A stretch of DNA of 63,903 nt, the filler included, from Platydemus manokwari (Eukaryota), in the NCBI GenBank assembly GCA_037951405.1. It is 6 parts of 6 records of this genome, joined end to end, with 100 filler letters (N's around TTAATTAATTAA, not from the genome) between each part and the next. Parts side by side here need not be neighbours in the genome. Positions count along the whole stretch, not along the records: positions 9,118 to 17,910 come from JBBMOY011348982.1; positions 18,011 to 29,927 come from JBBMOY010393333.1; positions 30,028 to 44,007 come from JBBMOY011558078.1; 3 more parts are not named here. One strand, written 5' to 3'. A program made the position numbers and the translations under genes. Every line of letters begins with the position of its first letter. Position 1 is the first letter of the stretch. Positions 16,604-30,263 of the stretch are shown one piece after another. The notes below the pieces were generated by a model that saw nothing but the letters and a program-made list of their open reading frames with translations, did no database searches and was not told the origin of the DNA.

Positions 16604-17796
16604 CTATAAATTCAAAGTAGTCTTATTAATAGCTAACTTAGATGGAATAATCATTCATACATTTTTATAAAATAAAATTTAAATATTAGCTAGGTGCATC
16701 CGTTTCAAATGTCAACCCAAAAATATTTATTGATATTTCCAATTTATTAAATTATTTATTCAATTTGAAAAAAACGTAATTATTTTTCAATATTTTGCTC
16801 AGTTTAAGTGACAAAAATATAACAGAGTTAACATTCAAATTTTGCGAAACTTCAATAATAATCCTTTCACATATATATTACGATTTGAATAGGTCACTTA
16901 ATAATGACAAAGTCAAGAATCGGTAGTTTATTTTCTACAGACTCCAAAGAAAATCATCAATTCAAACTTAAATATTATCAGTTCATATGTTTACAGTATT
17001 TAAAGGATTACAAAGAGAATATTTAAACAACAAACTTATTTTAACGTAATTTATTCATCTATAAAGACTTTAATTTATTTTTGACTATATTTTAATAAAA
17101 ACTTTAACAGGTAGCTCTTATAAAATACAAGGTGGATTTAAATATGATGCAGTAGTTTTGATAAAAATATTTAGAACATTAATTCAATTTCAATATTTTT
17201 TAATAATAAAATCAAGATTCAAGAATACTACACACGTTTATGGCCTTATTTCAGCTTCGATTTTATGGCATTATAAAATATATTAAAAGATATTTTTAAG
17301 AACTTAAATATAAAGTATTTATTCAGGTCAGAATTTTTCTCCATTATTTTGGTGATATATTAAAATAGGGCTAAAGTTAAAAAAAGGTTACTAAAATAAA
17401 AATTTTAATTTGTTGAGTGTATTGCAAAAATCTAAACAGTTTATTTAATTAAATTCATTAAAAACATTTTGAATTTGTATTTAAGTACTTGTGAAGAATT
17501 TTGGTGGTTTATAATCAAATATTATATTCACAGAAGTTTTAAAATCTGCTACAAATGAATTATTTGAAAAATGATTAAAGTAGGTCAAAAAGTAATTAAT
17601 TGGAAATTGCCGAGGACCCTTTTTTAAAATTAGAAGCAAATGGAACTATATGTAAGATTTTTATAGTTATATAAAAATAGTGACTTATTAATCATTGAGG
17701 GGGCCAGGAACTAGGTGCTCGTGCTTTATCTCAAAATAAGTATAATAATATCTGTTTAACAATTTGAATACATAGATCTAAAACTTGTCGATACTA

Positions 17797-17910
17797 CTGT
17801 AAAATCCCGAGTATAAGCTGCAGCGCGTATTAACTGCAGATGACATTTTTATAAAAATGTATTTTTTAGTCGTATAAACTACAGCACGTTTAGCTGCACC
17901 ATTTGCGTTA
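17797..17910 (+). mobile_element. Left end of a Tc2/pogo-like (C[C/T]GTA-terminus) DNA transposon or MITE, truncated by the contig end
   Basis: TA|CTGTAAAATCCCGAGTATAAGCTGCA followed by repeated (t)aa(g/a)ctgca-like subterminal motifs; resembles the termini of the MITE at 59633-60002. Confidence 0.55.
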
Positions 17911-18010
17911 NNNNNNNNNNNNNNNNNNNNNNNNNNNNNNNNNNNNNNNNNNNNTTAATTAATTAANNNNNNNNNNNNNNNNNNNNNNNNNNNNNNNNNN
18001 NNNNNNNNNN
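17911..18010. other. Artificial assembly spacer
   Basis: N44-TTAATTAATTAA-N44. Confidence 0.95.
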
Positions 18011-19741
18011 TACGACATTATATGCAAGCAATACTCCCAGCGACATCTTTTATCAAATCGAAATTTTAAGGTTATACACCCAATATTATTCGCTAGAGTA
18101 ATTGGATTAGATTTAACATGGTTCTTCGGAAGTTTTTTTATTTTAACGTATCAAGTATTATAGAAGAAAATCAATGATATATATAATGCAGGCATATTCA
18201 TTTGTAAACATAACGATATTGAGATTTGCTTTATCAATGTGACGACGTAATCGGTAAATCATCAGACTAAGCATTGTGGAGTAGAAATTGTTTTAGAGAT
18301 TGTTTTGTTATAATGATGTAGGAGCGGCATTTTGCGATTGAATCAATAATTAATTTCGGACATTCTTATTTTCAACAATTATCTTTCAATTAAATATGTT
18401 CGACAGGGAGAGAGTATGATTATTAATTTATGTTCCGAGTAATTTTTTCATTAATAATTATATTATCAATCCGGACAACTTAAGAATAGAAAAAAATATC
18501 CACAACTCAAAATCTCAGTGATGTCTAAATTTCTCGGACTGGTTAGATCGATATCCATCGACATTATGTGTGAGACATTAATGGTCGGTATTAGAATGTT
18601 TATAATTATTTTGATTATAATTATTGGGTTATTTCCACCATCGATATATATTTATTGAAACTGCATTTCTTTCGAGGAAAATTCCACATACCTTTGTACA
18701 GATATACATTATTTGGATTGTCCTAGGATTCTAATATATTATCTCCTCATAGAACCACTAAAGTATTCTGCGTTAATCTAATCAGAATTTCAAGACATTT
18801 TCATTCATTATTCCAATATTTTTAATGAGTGGAAATTAGGGTTTTATTTGTTTTTCATTACAAAACATTATCGTTAATTCAAAATATATAAAAGTCTTTA
18901 TTTTTTTTTAATTTTTGAAAATTTGTAGAAGCATTTAAAAGTAGGAGGGGTTGTTTTCTTTTTTTTGTAAGAACACATCAACATCAAGAATTATTTTCAT
19001 CACAAAGCCAGGTTAGTTTTATATCTGTCATGACTTATGGAATAGATGTTCCCATAATTAATAAAAATCATTTTCTAAATTTCTTTTTTTAAAGGAAATC
19101 TGAATTTTATCAGTGTCAATATTGATTATTATTTTTTAATTTTTCTCGAAATGTTTTGATAATTCTCGATAGATTTTTTTCTGTAGCTTCGTACAGAAAT
19201 AATTATCATTAACGATTTCTTCACTGCAATTTTTATCCCAATCTCCATGTGACTGACAGAAACCAAGATTATACTGAATTAGAATGACAGAAATGACACC
19301 ATAAATCACTAAATTTGATGTTCATAATTGTCAAATTATTTACAAATTTTGATTTGTTTCCTTTTAGCGGTTAATATTGTTAATTTTACGGTTAATTTTT
19401 GTGTTTGATTTTCCCAATTTTTCACAATAATTAAAGATAAACGATTGCCAGCATAGATTAAATAGTGTATTTATGTACTCAAGACGTTTCTGAATGAGAA
19501 TTAATAACCCAATCAACAAATCCAACTTTTAATTCTATACCGTTAAATAATATTCTTAATAAGAGCCAATAATTTGACGAACCATTTTTGATTTGCTTCG
19601 GTTAAACTTTTACATTGCGGCATCCTGGACAAAGAGAATTTTCTCAAACCAGATAAAAATTTTAAAAATTTTTTATCAGTATAATTAAATATAAAAATGT
19701 TTTATTAACTAAGTCAAAAGATGTAATAAGATAGTATATAT

Positions 19742-19858
19742 CAGTGGTTTTCAACCAGTGTTCCGCGGTACCTTAGGATTCCGCCGGTACACCACAGGGG
19801 TTCCGAAATTTCTAAACGAACCAATAAGCAACATGTTAAATTTAATTTCGAAAATCTA

Positions 19859-19895
<37 letters not shown>

Positions 19896-20041
19896 TCATT
19901 ATTATTTGTATTTTCTGTTATTATTGTTTAAATATACTAAATCTAATATAATTGAACTCTCTACATTGTTGCACAAGGGTTCCTCGAGCCAGAGAAATGT
20001 TTCCTTGGGGTTCCTTTCATCATAAAGGTTGAAAACCACTG
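19742..20041. mobile_element. Buster-type hAT MITE, 300 bp
   Basis: Perfect 15-bp TIRs CAGTGGTTTTCAACC ... GGTTGAAAACCACTG; flanks gtaTAtat / ataTAaat (6/8 match, central TA); GGTTCC-type subterminal motifs; internal (TTA)n. Confidence 0.92.
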
Positions 20042-20379
20042 ATATAAATAATAATTTTACTATCGGAGAAAGATAAAATCGATTCGAATAAAGAATTACA
20101 ACGAAATATAGTTCTTCCATTTTTATCTGTTTTTCTTTTAATATTTGGAATTACTTTCAGAATCTCTTGCGGTTCACAATTTGGCAGGCAATTTTGTAAT
20201 AAATTATTGAAATTTTATTTTTATAAATTAGGTGAAAATTATTTCAATGTCAGCGGATAATTATAAATCCCTGAATTAAACCAGAAATAATTTTGAGATA
20301 ATTCTAATAGATCCATTGGGAATTAAATGTTTAGACAACACACTATAACACGTGTGAATCTAATATCAATTCTGATGTC

Positions 20380-21560
20380 CAAGAGTCAGTTACTATGGAT
20401 CTTTAGTTCCATGATGAACTAACACCTTGATTTTATTCTCGCTACTGAATTCAATAATATTTGAATATTTCCGTTGATAATATTTTATAATATGTCTCTT
20501 TTGATTCATATTAATATAATCTAAAATTACAACAATTCCATTTGATTCTAATAATTTAATTTACAAAGATTCTGTAATAATCAATAGCATAGTTATAAAC
20601 AACCACGAACCGGGATATAATTTTTGATAGATTATTGCAAAGATGACACTGTCTTATGCCATCGATTGTACTATAGTGGTAATCAAATAAATACTTTCTT
20701 GTTTTAATTAAATTCTTTATTATCCGTAATGATAGCATCTCTTTCTTCAAATCTATCAACCCATGGGGACAATTCTTTGTGTAAGACATTAAACATTAAA
20801 ACGGGAATTCGTCAACTACTTTTGTGTACAAGATCAGCATTTTGAATCAAAAAATCATTATTCTTTTAAAATAGTTCTTTTTAAATTTACCTGAGAAAAT
20901 CCCTGCTACTATGTTATCTGAATATACAGGATGAGTTTCAATGTACTTCGAAATTTCAGTTTTTTCAACGACAGTTAACTTTACACGCTTTCGTTTTACC
21001 ATAAATAAGGTCCAATGAAAAATGTTTCATAAACAATTAATGTCAAAATAAAAATAAATCATTAAAAAATGTGGCTGTTAACAGAACTGGCAGCTAAGAG
21101 TTTTCAATTATAATTTTAAAACTTCCTAAAAATTTGGTGTTTAGAAGGAGTGGCGGTTTGAAAGAGGAATACTTTAGTTTGTTTTGATATGGATTCTACT
21201 GATATGCGTACATATTTACAATTAGCCTTGATTTACTTGATAGGGCTTTGAACCTCATCAAGAACATTGCCCAGTATTTTTAAAAATAATTTCAAAACAG
21301 CAACCTTGGAAGAAAATTTGTAGCAGTATTTGGATTCTATAGATATTTTGGGAATAAATAATTTATCAAAATAATGTAATGACACGACAATCCTTTCCCA
21401 ATCCTTTCTTCAGCAAAGCATTAATTGATTCAACAATAAAATTTGACGATCATGTCAATAAATGCGGGTCTTATTTGATATTGTCCAGAAAATTTTCATT
21501 CTTTCATAATTATGATATCAAAAGCGTACGGTTTTATTAAAATCGGATTGGAAGGAATGT
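20380..21560 (-). mobile_element. Decayed LTR-retrotransposon pol remnant (tentative)
   Basis: Minus-strand fragments FIVESINALLKKG (RT N-terminus-like), IRQCHLC...ISRFVVVY and FIEFSSENKIKV (integrase-like); many stops. Confidence 0.3.
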
Positions 21561-21608
21561 CTTGTCCGATAGAAAATAATACTTTTTTTAACCAATGAAG
21601 AAAATATG

Positions 21609-21990
21609 TTAATTGAGATATATAAACAAAACATCATTCCTCTGTAAATCTGAAATATTGAAAATAGTCACATCTAAGGTCCACACACTTTTGCTAGCGT
21701 TCTGGAAGTTGTTATGTGCCGGTTTCATAAAATTCCGCAGGTTTTGAAGTGAACCACATTTCCAAATCATCGTTAACCTCTTCAGCGGAGTGATACGTTG
21801 TTCCACAAAATGAGTTTTCGATGAGAGAAAGCAGGTAATAGTCTGAAGGGGCAAGCTCTGGGGAGTATAGTGCATGCGGTATTGCCGCAAAAACGATCTC
21901 AGTATGCTTATTTTGAGTTAAACGGCCCGTATGTGGCCGAAGGAAATGGAGCTTTTCAAAACTGTTTCCACACAACCGGCGCCTTTATTG
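21609..21990 (-). mobile_element. Mariner transposase 3' fragment (pseudogene)
   Basis: RPHTGRLT...IPHALYSPELAPSDYYLLSL...WFTSKPAEFYETG matches the mariner YSPDLAPSDY signature region. Confidence 0.88.
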
Positions 21991-24982
21991 ACGATTAATA
22001 TTTTGTTTATATTTCCAATTTTCGTTCAAATCCTATATATGCACTTATTGATTTTTCCATTCATATGAAAACCACATAAAATCAAATACTATTTCCATTC
22101 TAATCGAATCAAGCCAATGTAGTAATAGTTATTAATGTTTGTTCACAAATTTTCACCAACCACTTCTAATTTCGAAATTTTCTGAATAATATTTGAAAAA
22201 GCACATTAAAAATTGTATATTCGATTAAAATCTATAATTCACTGAAATATTCACAATTGTCGTTTCAAACAATTTATAATCACAATACAAAGCCAGTATC
22301 AATACCAATGTTTCCATACGTCAACATATTTGAAGCCAAATTTTTAATGAATATAATGACTTGTTTTCATACAAATTGTTTTCTATTCAATGTCTTTCAG
22401 GAATGTCCCTACTAGGTGAGATTATGTCCATGTTTTTTTTGTATGTTTAGTTTAACTAAGTAGCTTAGCTTTTATGTAATCATTTATGATGCACGGAATT
22501 TGGTGAAATATTTTATTTTATTTTTGGTTCTGTTTGGTGATCAGTATTTTGATTTTTTATGGTTGCTATAGAATTAACGTAGTTCAGGTGTGTATTTATA
22601 GATTTCAGATTAATGAAGAATGCTTTTGAAATCGAATAATTTTGGTTAATTTTAAAATAGTTTTTTATTAATCGCATGTAATGTTCGCTTGGTAGAATTT
22701 GTTTATTTCGTTTCGATATTGAAATGAGTATTGAATTTCTCTATTGAACTTATATTAGTAATATGCCAGTGTAAATTTTTTGAGGTTAATATATACATAT
22801 CGATTTAATCACTGCCGGTATGCAGGCGATAAACAACATTTTTTTTTCAAATCACTCCACAAAACACCGTTTGTAATTGAAAAAAAAATTATCTCGGACT
22901 CAGACCGAAAAACAATGTGTTTATATCGATATTTTCACTTCAATAAACAATGGTTTTGGATTTGATTAACTTAAAATGTCAACGATATTTTTATTTCTCA
23001 TTTCTCAAATGATTTTTTATGGTTGTAATTAATCATGTTGACATTATTAATGTCTGGGAATTCTTTTTCTGTGATCGGAAAAGACTAATTCAAGGCGCCA
23101 ATTATTCTTATTTTTTATTTGGTTTATATTTCTTTATCTCCACCGGTATCGACTTTATTTTTCAGAAAATTCTTTAACATTCATCGTATTGGATGGTATT
23201 TATTTGTGGCAGTTGATTAATAACATTGAGTATCAGAAATTGATTATAGGCCTATGATAGATTGAGAGCATACAGACTAAAATATTATATATATAATAAA
23301 ACTGACCAATTATACAATTGCATAGAATGAATCAATTTCAAAATAATTATTTCCTGACGGACTGGTGAGTCATCGATTCTAATAAGAACTATTGTTGAAA
23401 ATCAATAACATAATCCAAAATTAATTATTCCTCGGAATTCCTGGTTTTTACTAAATATTTATTAGATTTTTCATCGAAATACGCTGTCGATATTTTAGAA
23501 TTTTTTTACCATCATACTTTAACTACAAAACTATTTAATTAAATTCTCAAACGCATTTGTCAATAATCTGTATCGAATGCCAATTTAATGCCGATTAAAA
23601 TTGTCTTTTAACAAGTTCTGAAACAACCATTAGAAATTTTTGGTTGATAGAAATTTTTTTTGTCATTACACGATCACTGTTCGGGCAAGGAAAATCCCGA
23701 TCGGATAGCCTGCTTTATCATTGACAATTGTGAAAAATTTAATTATAGATATCATATCACATTTCTGAATGAAGTATTCGCCAAATCCACAAGAAATCTT
23801 ACTAGACTCTGTTTTTGAGTTTATTTTTATTCAATTATGATGACGATCTGTTTTATTTCGGTGGTAACTAATAGCAACGATCTGATTTCGATTTTGAAAA
23901 TTTTTAGTTATTCTTTGGTATAATTATTGGTAAGCCAATGAAAATTTGGTGAATAAGAAGAATGCAAAAGGATTTTTCATCTAAATATTAATGAATCCGG
24001 TCATTTGAAAACTGATATTACATTTGATCGTGTCTACGATTGATTATTCTATCAACGGTGGAACAGATCATAACAATTTAAGGTCTGGAAGTTCTAGAAT
24101 TTATTATTATTACATTTTGGAATGTTTTGTCTGATTTATTATAAGAAAACTGTTGTGATAGATTGGAGTCAGAATGCTTATAAGTTCAATCTGATCTGTT
24201 TTTGACGAAATCAATGTGAAATAATATTTCACAAAATATTGAAAACCAATATTCTAAATCAATATCCATCACACGTGACCAGCTCTATGAATTTACATAC
24301 TATTTACATTGATATTTGTGAACTTATATACATCACAAATAATTGCCTGGACTATACATTCGTTTACTCTCTCTCTCTCTATCCGGTGGATGTGTTTTTC
24401 AATAGACAAGTCTAAATGTAACTCGAGACTTTTTGCTCTAATTGCTACTATTGAAACGATCTATTGAGATAACTTGCCAGATATATTTACGGTTCAATGG
24501 TTTTTTGTCAGCGGAAAATTTCTGTTTGATAAGTGCAGATGGATTGGAAAATTTCGGATAATGTTAATTGCATTTATGTAAATCAATAACGATGATAGGG
24601 AAAATGTTACAATTGATATGTAAAACATCAATCAATTACCTGGTTCCAGCTTTTGGGATAATTTCTCACTGTCAAGAATTCCGTATAAGTGTACTTCAGT
24701 AGGTATTTGTTATGGGAATAATGGGATTTCCACATTGGAGCTATAATAGAGCCATTATAAACTATTGGTTTTATTTTCAACTTATGCTGCTTACCTAATT
24801 TTCCGATAGATTTTTGAAGTCTTTAAGGTCGAAAAAAACAAGAAGCAAATTTTGATAATAATTTGTATTATTACTTTTCTTGGAAAAAAAATCTAGATTC
24901 CAGCAAAAATAATGCTTTCATATGATTTTATTCCAGATGTTTGTGATTTGAAAGAATTTTTGATTATTATTTTATAAAACAG

Positions 24983-27900
24983 TCAATCCAACGGGTCCCA
25001 TGTACAAGCACAGCTTGTCAGGCAGGAAAGGATTCAATCCAGTTCCACGACCCCAATCGACTAATGATGTAAATCTCTCGGAAGAAGCCAAAAGATTAGC
25101 TCATTATCCAGATGGGAAAATACCCGATCCAGATTATGCACCACCCATTGATCGATACGATTTCCCTGCGCCGCCTTCAGTCAGTGTGTTAATGCAAGAC
25201 ATGAGTAAGTTTTATCCGTTGATTTAGGTATATACTGATGGATTTCAGTTTATTATAAATCGTTGATGATAGCGTGATTAGATTTGCAAGTAGACCAGTT
25301 TGTTTTTATGAAGTTTTTGTAGATTGTTATAAAACTAAAAATTAGTCCTGAAATTTTATTTGAAAGTTGTATTGAGGGAGTACCTTATGGGAATTATAAT
25401 TCAATCGACTTCTTATGCTCCAAGATTATATTTCCATATTGGTCATACGATAAATATGTAATTAGAATTTGAGTAGTTTATTCCAATTTTATTCCATTAT
25501 TAAACTGTCTTACACAATCAAGAAACCAAGATTTATTCCTCATGAATTTGGCTGCTTGTTTATCCATGCGTGATTTTCTTTTATCTCATTATCAATATAA
25601 ATTGTTGTTGGATTATCTGATCACAAACGATTAAAAAGAATTTCCTATGAAGAAAATCATGATTATTGATCGAAAAAATGCAATAACGAAACACGTTCCA
25701 AATTCGTTACTTTCTTCATAGCAGATGTTATAGAAAATTAATATATTTTTTTGATGATTTGTTTTACTTCATTAAATTATCATTTGTATAAATCCATCTA
25801 AAATTAAATAGTCGGAAAGAGACACTCGGAATATGAATGACATCAATTCGGGTTAAAATCGATGATGAAAATATTGTAATTACAATTACAGAAAAAATGT
25901 AATGCGTTTGTGTATGACGGTAATTTGGTTTCATATCATTGAGTTTTCACTATTTTGAGTATATTGATTTTACCATGAATCAATTATCATGCTCACTTAC
26001 TATTTTCCGGTATGAATACGCGTGTTAAAAACACAATAAAGAAATAATATGGTTTTTATGTGCCCGGAAATACGGTTCTCGAAATATGATGTAATACGAT
26101 AAAGTAAAACTCGTGTTTTGGATGATTTTCACTGAAACCCATTAGCAAATTGAAAATTTGTTGTTACCATATTTTATTTTTTGTCAAACTCTTCATTTCT
26201 CTTGTTCTCATCTAACAAATTATCCTTATTAGAAAAAGAAAAACTCAAAACTCAACGATCGATTGTTTCCACTGGTGACATTTTCACGGACACTCTCAGC
26301 GGAACTGATACAGCAGCCGAAATGGGAGACTTTACCGAAAGTGAAGATGAAAAAACACGAAAGAAAAAAGTTGAGCTGACTTTTAAAATGTTGAGAGAAA
26401 CGGGAAAATATGCAGGATTGTCACAGGTAATTCATAATATTTTTTAAAAAACTTTACCACCTAAAATCATGTTGATCAAAGATTTATTAGCCATTTATTA
26501 TTGATTTATATCGAGTTATATAATGAAACAGTTTTAAATTTCGTTTCTTGAAAATTTCATATCACTTTGTATTCTTTATTTTTCTGGAAAAGAGGTCGTG
26601 ATATTGATTAAGTTCGATTGTATTGGTTTGTATGTTATGACGTCATCGATATTTAAAGGTCAATTATAGTAGATCAATTAACTTGTGAACAAGGTCGTAA
26701 ATAATTGTTCGGAATCTCACGTTTTTGTTTACTTAAAGGTTTTCGTTGTCGTTTTTTCCATTGGCTTGTTTTATTTTTTTTATTTTTTACTTTGAATCTT
26801 TTATCAAATGCTCATTTTAGAACATTTTCATTTCTATATTTCTATGCCATAATTTTATTTCGTATTCCGATTAAAGTATGGATTACGTCATTTATTTGTT
26901 TGAAGTCAATTTGTCGATTCGATCTTATTCTCAAAAGAATTCATTAATGTGTTGATGTTTTGAAACGATTCTCCAATCAAACAATCGAATTGTCTCATGT
27001 TCGAATGGAACTTTCACAGACCGCAATTTACCAAAATATTGAATGGCGGTTTTTGGCCATTTCATTCTTGCGGTGATCCAAATATTTTGGATTTGTTTAT
27101 AAATTATTATTTTGATTATATTCAGTGATTGTATAAATTTGTTTGAAGTTGTTTATAAAGAATTTCTCAAAGTTTCGGTTACGTTGATTATTTATGCGTT
27201 TTGCCCATTAGTTAGACAGGCAGGTATAAAGTACATCTTTTGTCCCAATATTGTACCGGGAGGTTACACATGATATATGAAAAGGTTCCCATAGTGCATG
27301 TTACTCGCCTATATTGTCTTTGATAAGTATAGATTTCGTTTTTATATGCTATAAGATTTGTTGTCATAATTTCACCTCGTGATGCGCGATATGAATTGAT
27401 GAAAATATTTCATGAGGTGAATTTTTGTTAAAGAATTTCCACAAAATCTGTTATAGCATAATTATTAAGGAATTTTTGTTTTAATACTTTATTATGATCC
27501 ACTTTTGTCAGTTCTAGTGATGAACTAGTTTCCATTCTAACTCAAAGAGTCCAAAGTATTAATCCAATCATATCATTTTATTTCATGGTCCGTTATGATT
27601 GTTTGCCTTTTATTAAGTCTGAGGAATCTGAGCTAATATAATGTTTTTTTTATCAGACGAGTTTGAGCAAACTGATTTTCTTACCGATTCAGCAGCCTTG
27701 CTCTTGGCGTTATGATTATCTGTTTCCCAATATCTCATTCCACATCCATTTAAGAACTTATTAGTACAAAGATTTTTATACAAATTCGGTGTTGATATTG
27801 AATTAATTCTTGATAATATTTTATTATTCATTGCTAAAGAAAAATTCATCGATCTGCTTCGAATGTTCATGCTGATGTCTGTGATTTGAGCTTCATTGAC

Positions 27901-29835
27901 TAAATTCAGGAATTAACACCAATTTTCAAACTCGATAAGAACTCTAACTTTACAATGTATAATTTCATTGTGAGAATATATATGCTTGAAGACACACTTC
28001 CTCGACATAGAGTTTTGATAAATTTATTGATTTAATAATCGTAAAATATTGATTGACAGTTTTTCTGGCATTCATTCAAAAAATGCTTTGAATTGATTTT
28101 GGAAAAAATTATTTTGATAACATTGATTTTGTTTTCAATTTTTAGAATATGCTTGATGAATTGGAGAAATCAGAAATACGATCGAAAAGCGAGAACTTTA
28201 TAGATCCTATTTCTGCGTCTCGGTCTCCAGATGCCTCATGTGAACCGCCGCAAAAGCCTCGATACGAGAGACATACATTTACTTGTAAATCGCTATTCAA
28301 TTGATTTTACAATGTTACGATAAATCATTTAGCACCATCTCGAGACAATCGTTATGAAGGCAGACCTGCCCATTCATTATCTTATCGAACTCAATATTCA
28401 AATACCGGAGGTCGTACTGGAACATTGCCCAGCTATCGATCAGGTAAGTGCATAATCCATCTGATTTGATTATTGGATGACTCCCAATTGTTAATTTTCA
28501 TCACCACTCGAGTGGGATTCTGATTAATTGTCCTATTTATTTTTGAAAATCGATATTTCAAATATTATCTCAAACGGATTTCTATGATCGTACTGTCGAT
28601 AAAAAATACACAATTGTTAGATTTTCTTTGTTATTTCTTAAGAATTCGATATGGAATCTTTACGATTCTTTATAAAACAAAATGAATATAGGTAATATTG
28701 GTTCCTGTTAATAGCTAAAGATCAGTTTAATGACGTAATATTTGACCTGTTTAAATCTTTATATGCCCTATTTATAAGTCCTACAAAGCACAATTATTTT
28801 TCTGAATTTACTCCAATTTTTTTTTCTTTCTTTCCCAGCCTAAAGATGATTTTATTTCTGTAATGGCATACTGTGACATTTGGTGGATTAATGGAGTAAA
28901 TTAGGTTCAGAAAATGAATCAGCCATTAGATCACTTCGCAGTTATCGATCATATCACCCAGGTAAGGTATTGTCTGGTTTTGAGATTTTATTCGACATTT
29001 GCAGCATGGTTTTTTGACTTTGATCGATTTCAATATTCGCCGTTTTCTCTAAAAACATGCACCATTATGCCGTTTGATTATTTGCATGTTTTGTAACGTT
29101 TTTGTCGATTTGTGCTGATTTGTCGATATTGTGTCACGGTGATACTCGTATTTTTATTTACCGTTTTTTCATATCCATTATCATATTAATTGTGTTTTTA
29201 TTTACAGCTGCTCAACCTGGTTATACGCAGGGCTACATGTCGTGTACGGAGGAACCATCCACTAGTAGTAGACCAACAAACGCTTTGAATTATAGGGCAT
29301 TGAGTTTACCACGACCTTTGAATATATATACTCCAATTTGTGTTAATAATACAAGCTACTTATTAGATGGCCACATGTCTCCGAGTAGTATGAATATATC
29401 CATTTATTCATTCTTCGAGATTTGTATTATCATTATCTGTAGTGACAACTTCGGGATATTCTGTGGACGCTACAACTCACTCCATAGATGAATCAACATT
29501 AATTGGAGGATCTGGAATACTCACTTCAGCCGGTCACAGGAATGGTTATATGAGTGACATGGCGGGATCGTCTGCTCCTTTCGATTCGAAGAAAACCCGT
29601 CCTGACTGGTATTATGAATCCGAAAATGACGCCGTTTTCCATTCCAACTATCCGACAGTGCAAAGCTATTTGAAACCCAGTAATATGCTTCGAGCTAAAC
29701 AAAAAATTCCTGCAGAAGTATTGCATTGTTGAAATGATTTTATTATTATATCATTGTTTTTAGACTTACCCTTATGAAAAATTGAAAATTTCAAACTTTT
29801 CTTTGCCTAAAGGAGTTGATCGCTCAAGACTAGAG
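24983..29835 (+). CDS. unc-115: Actin-binding LIM protein (abLIM/UNC-115/dematin-like) 3' region with villin headpiece; partial at both ends
   Basis: Phase-consistent GT-AG exons 24983-25204, 26233-26426, 28146-28284, 28333-28443, (28905 or 28911)-28961, 29208-29387, 29443-29717, 29764-29835. Motifs LAHYPDGKIPDPDYAPPIDRYDFPAPP, IDPISASRSP...PRYE...SPSR, and headpiece start TYPYEKLKISNFSLPKGVDRSRLE. The final headpiece exon lies beyond the contig end. Confidence 0.85.
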
Positions 29836-29854
29836 GTCTGCTTTATTTATTTAT

Positions 29855-29856
<2 letters not shown>

Positions 29857-29927
<71 letters not shown>
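29857..29927 (+). repeat. (AAT)n microsatellite at contig end
   Basis: Near-pure AAT run abutting the N spacer; intronic, so the poly-Asn in the ORF track is not real. Confidence 0.95.
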
Positions 29928-30027
29928 NNNNNNNNNNNNNNNNNNNNNNNNNNNNNNNNNNNNNNNNNNNNTTAATTAATTAANNNNNNNNNNNNNNNNN
30001 NNNNNNNNNNNNNNNNNNNNNNNNNNN
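29928..30027. other. Artificial assembly spacer
   Basis: N44-TTAATTAATTAA-N44. Confidence 0.95.
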
Positions 30028-30081
30028 CACAATGACTTGTATATTGATTTAAACATGGCACATTTAATGAAATATATTTAG

Positions 30082-30263
30082 ATCATAACTATGGATCTGA
30101 GATGAGTTATGCAAATGGAACACATTTCAACAAACTGGTTGTCCGATCAAGAGTTGAATGTGCAAAGATTTGTGTGGACATAGAGAAGTGTGTCTCATTT
30201 ACGATAGAAATCAATCTGCAATGCTCTTTGTATCGTCACGGTGGTGGATCATATTTTGTGTGA
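30082..30263 (+). CDS. Terminal PAN/apple-domain exon of an upstream paralog of the F-type lectin-PAN gene (5'-partial)
   Basis: tttag| phase-1 exon of 182 nt: (D)HNYGSEMSYANGTHFNKLVVRSRVECAKICVDIEKCVSFTIEINLQCSLYRHGGGSYFV*. Same length, phase and Cys spacing as exon 33318-33499. Confidence 0.8.

Noticed and set aside
29836-29979. Poly-Asn extension of ORF 29782-29979
   Set aside because: Lies after the GAG|gtctgc donor; intronic AAT microsatellite running into the gap.
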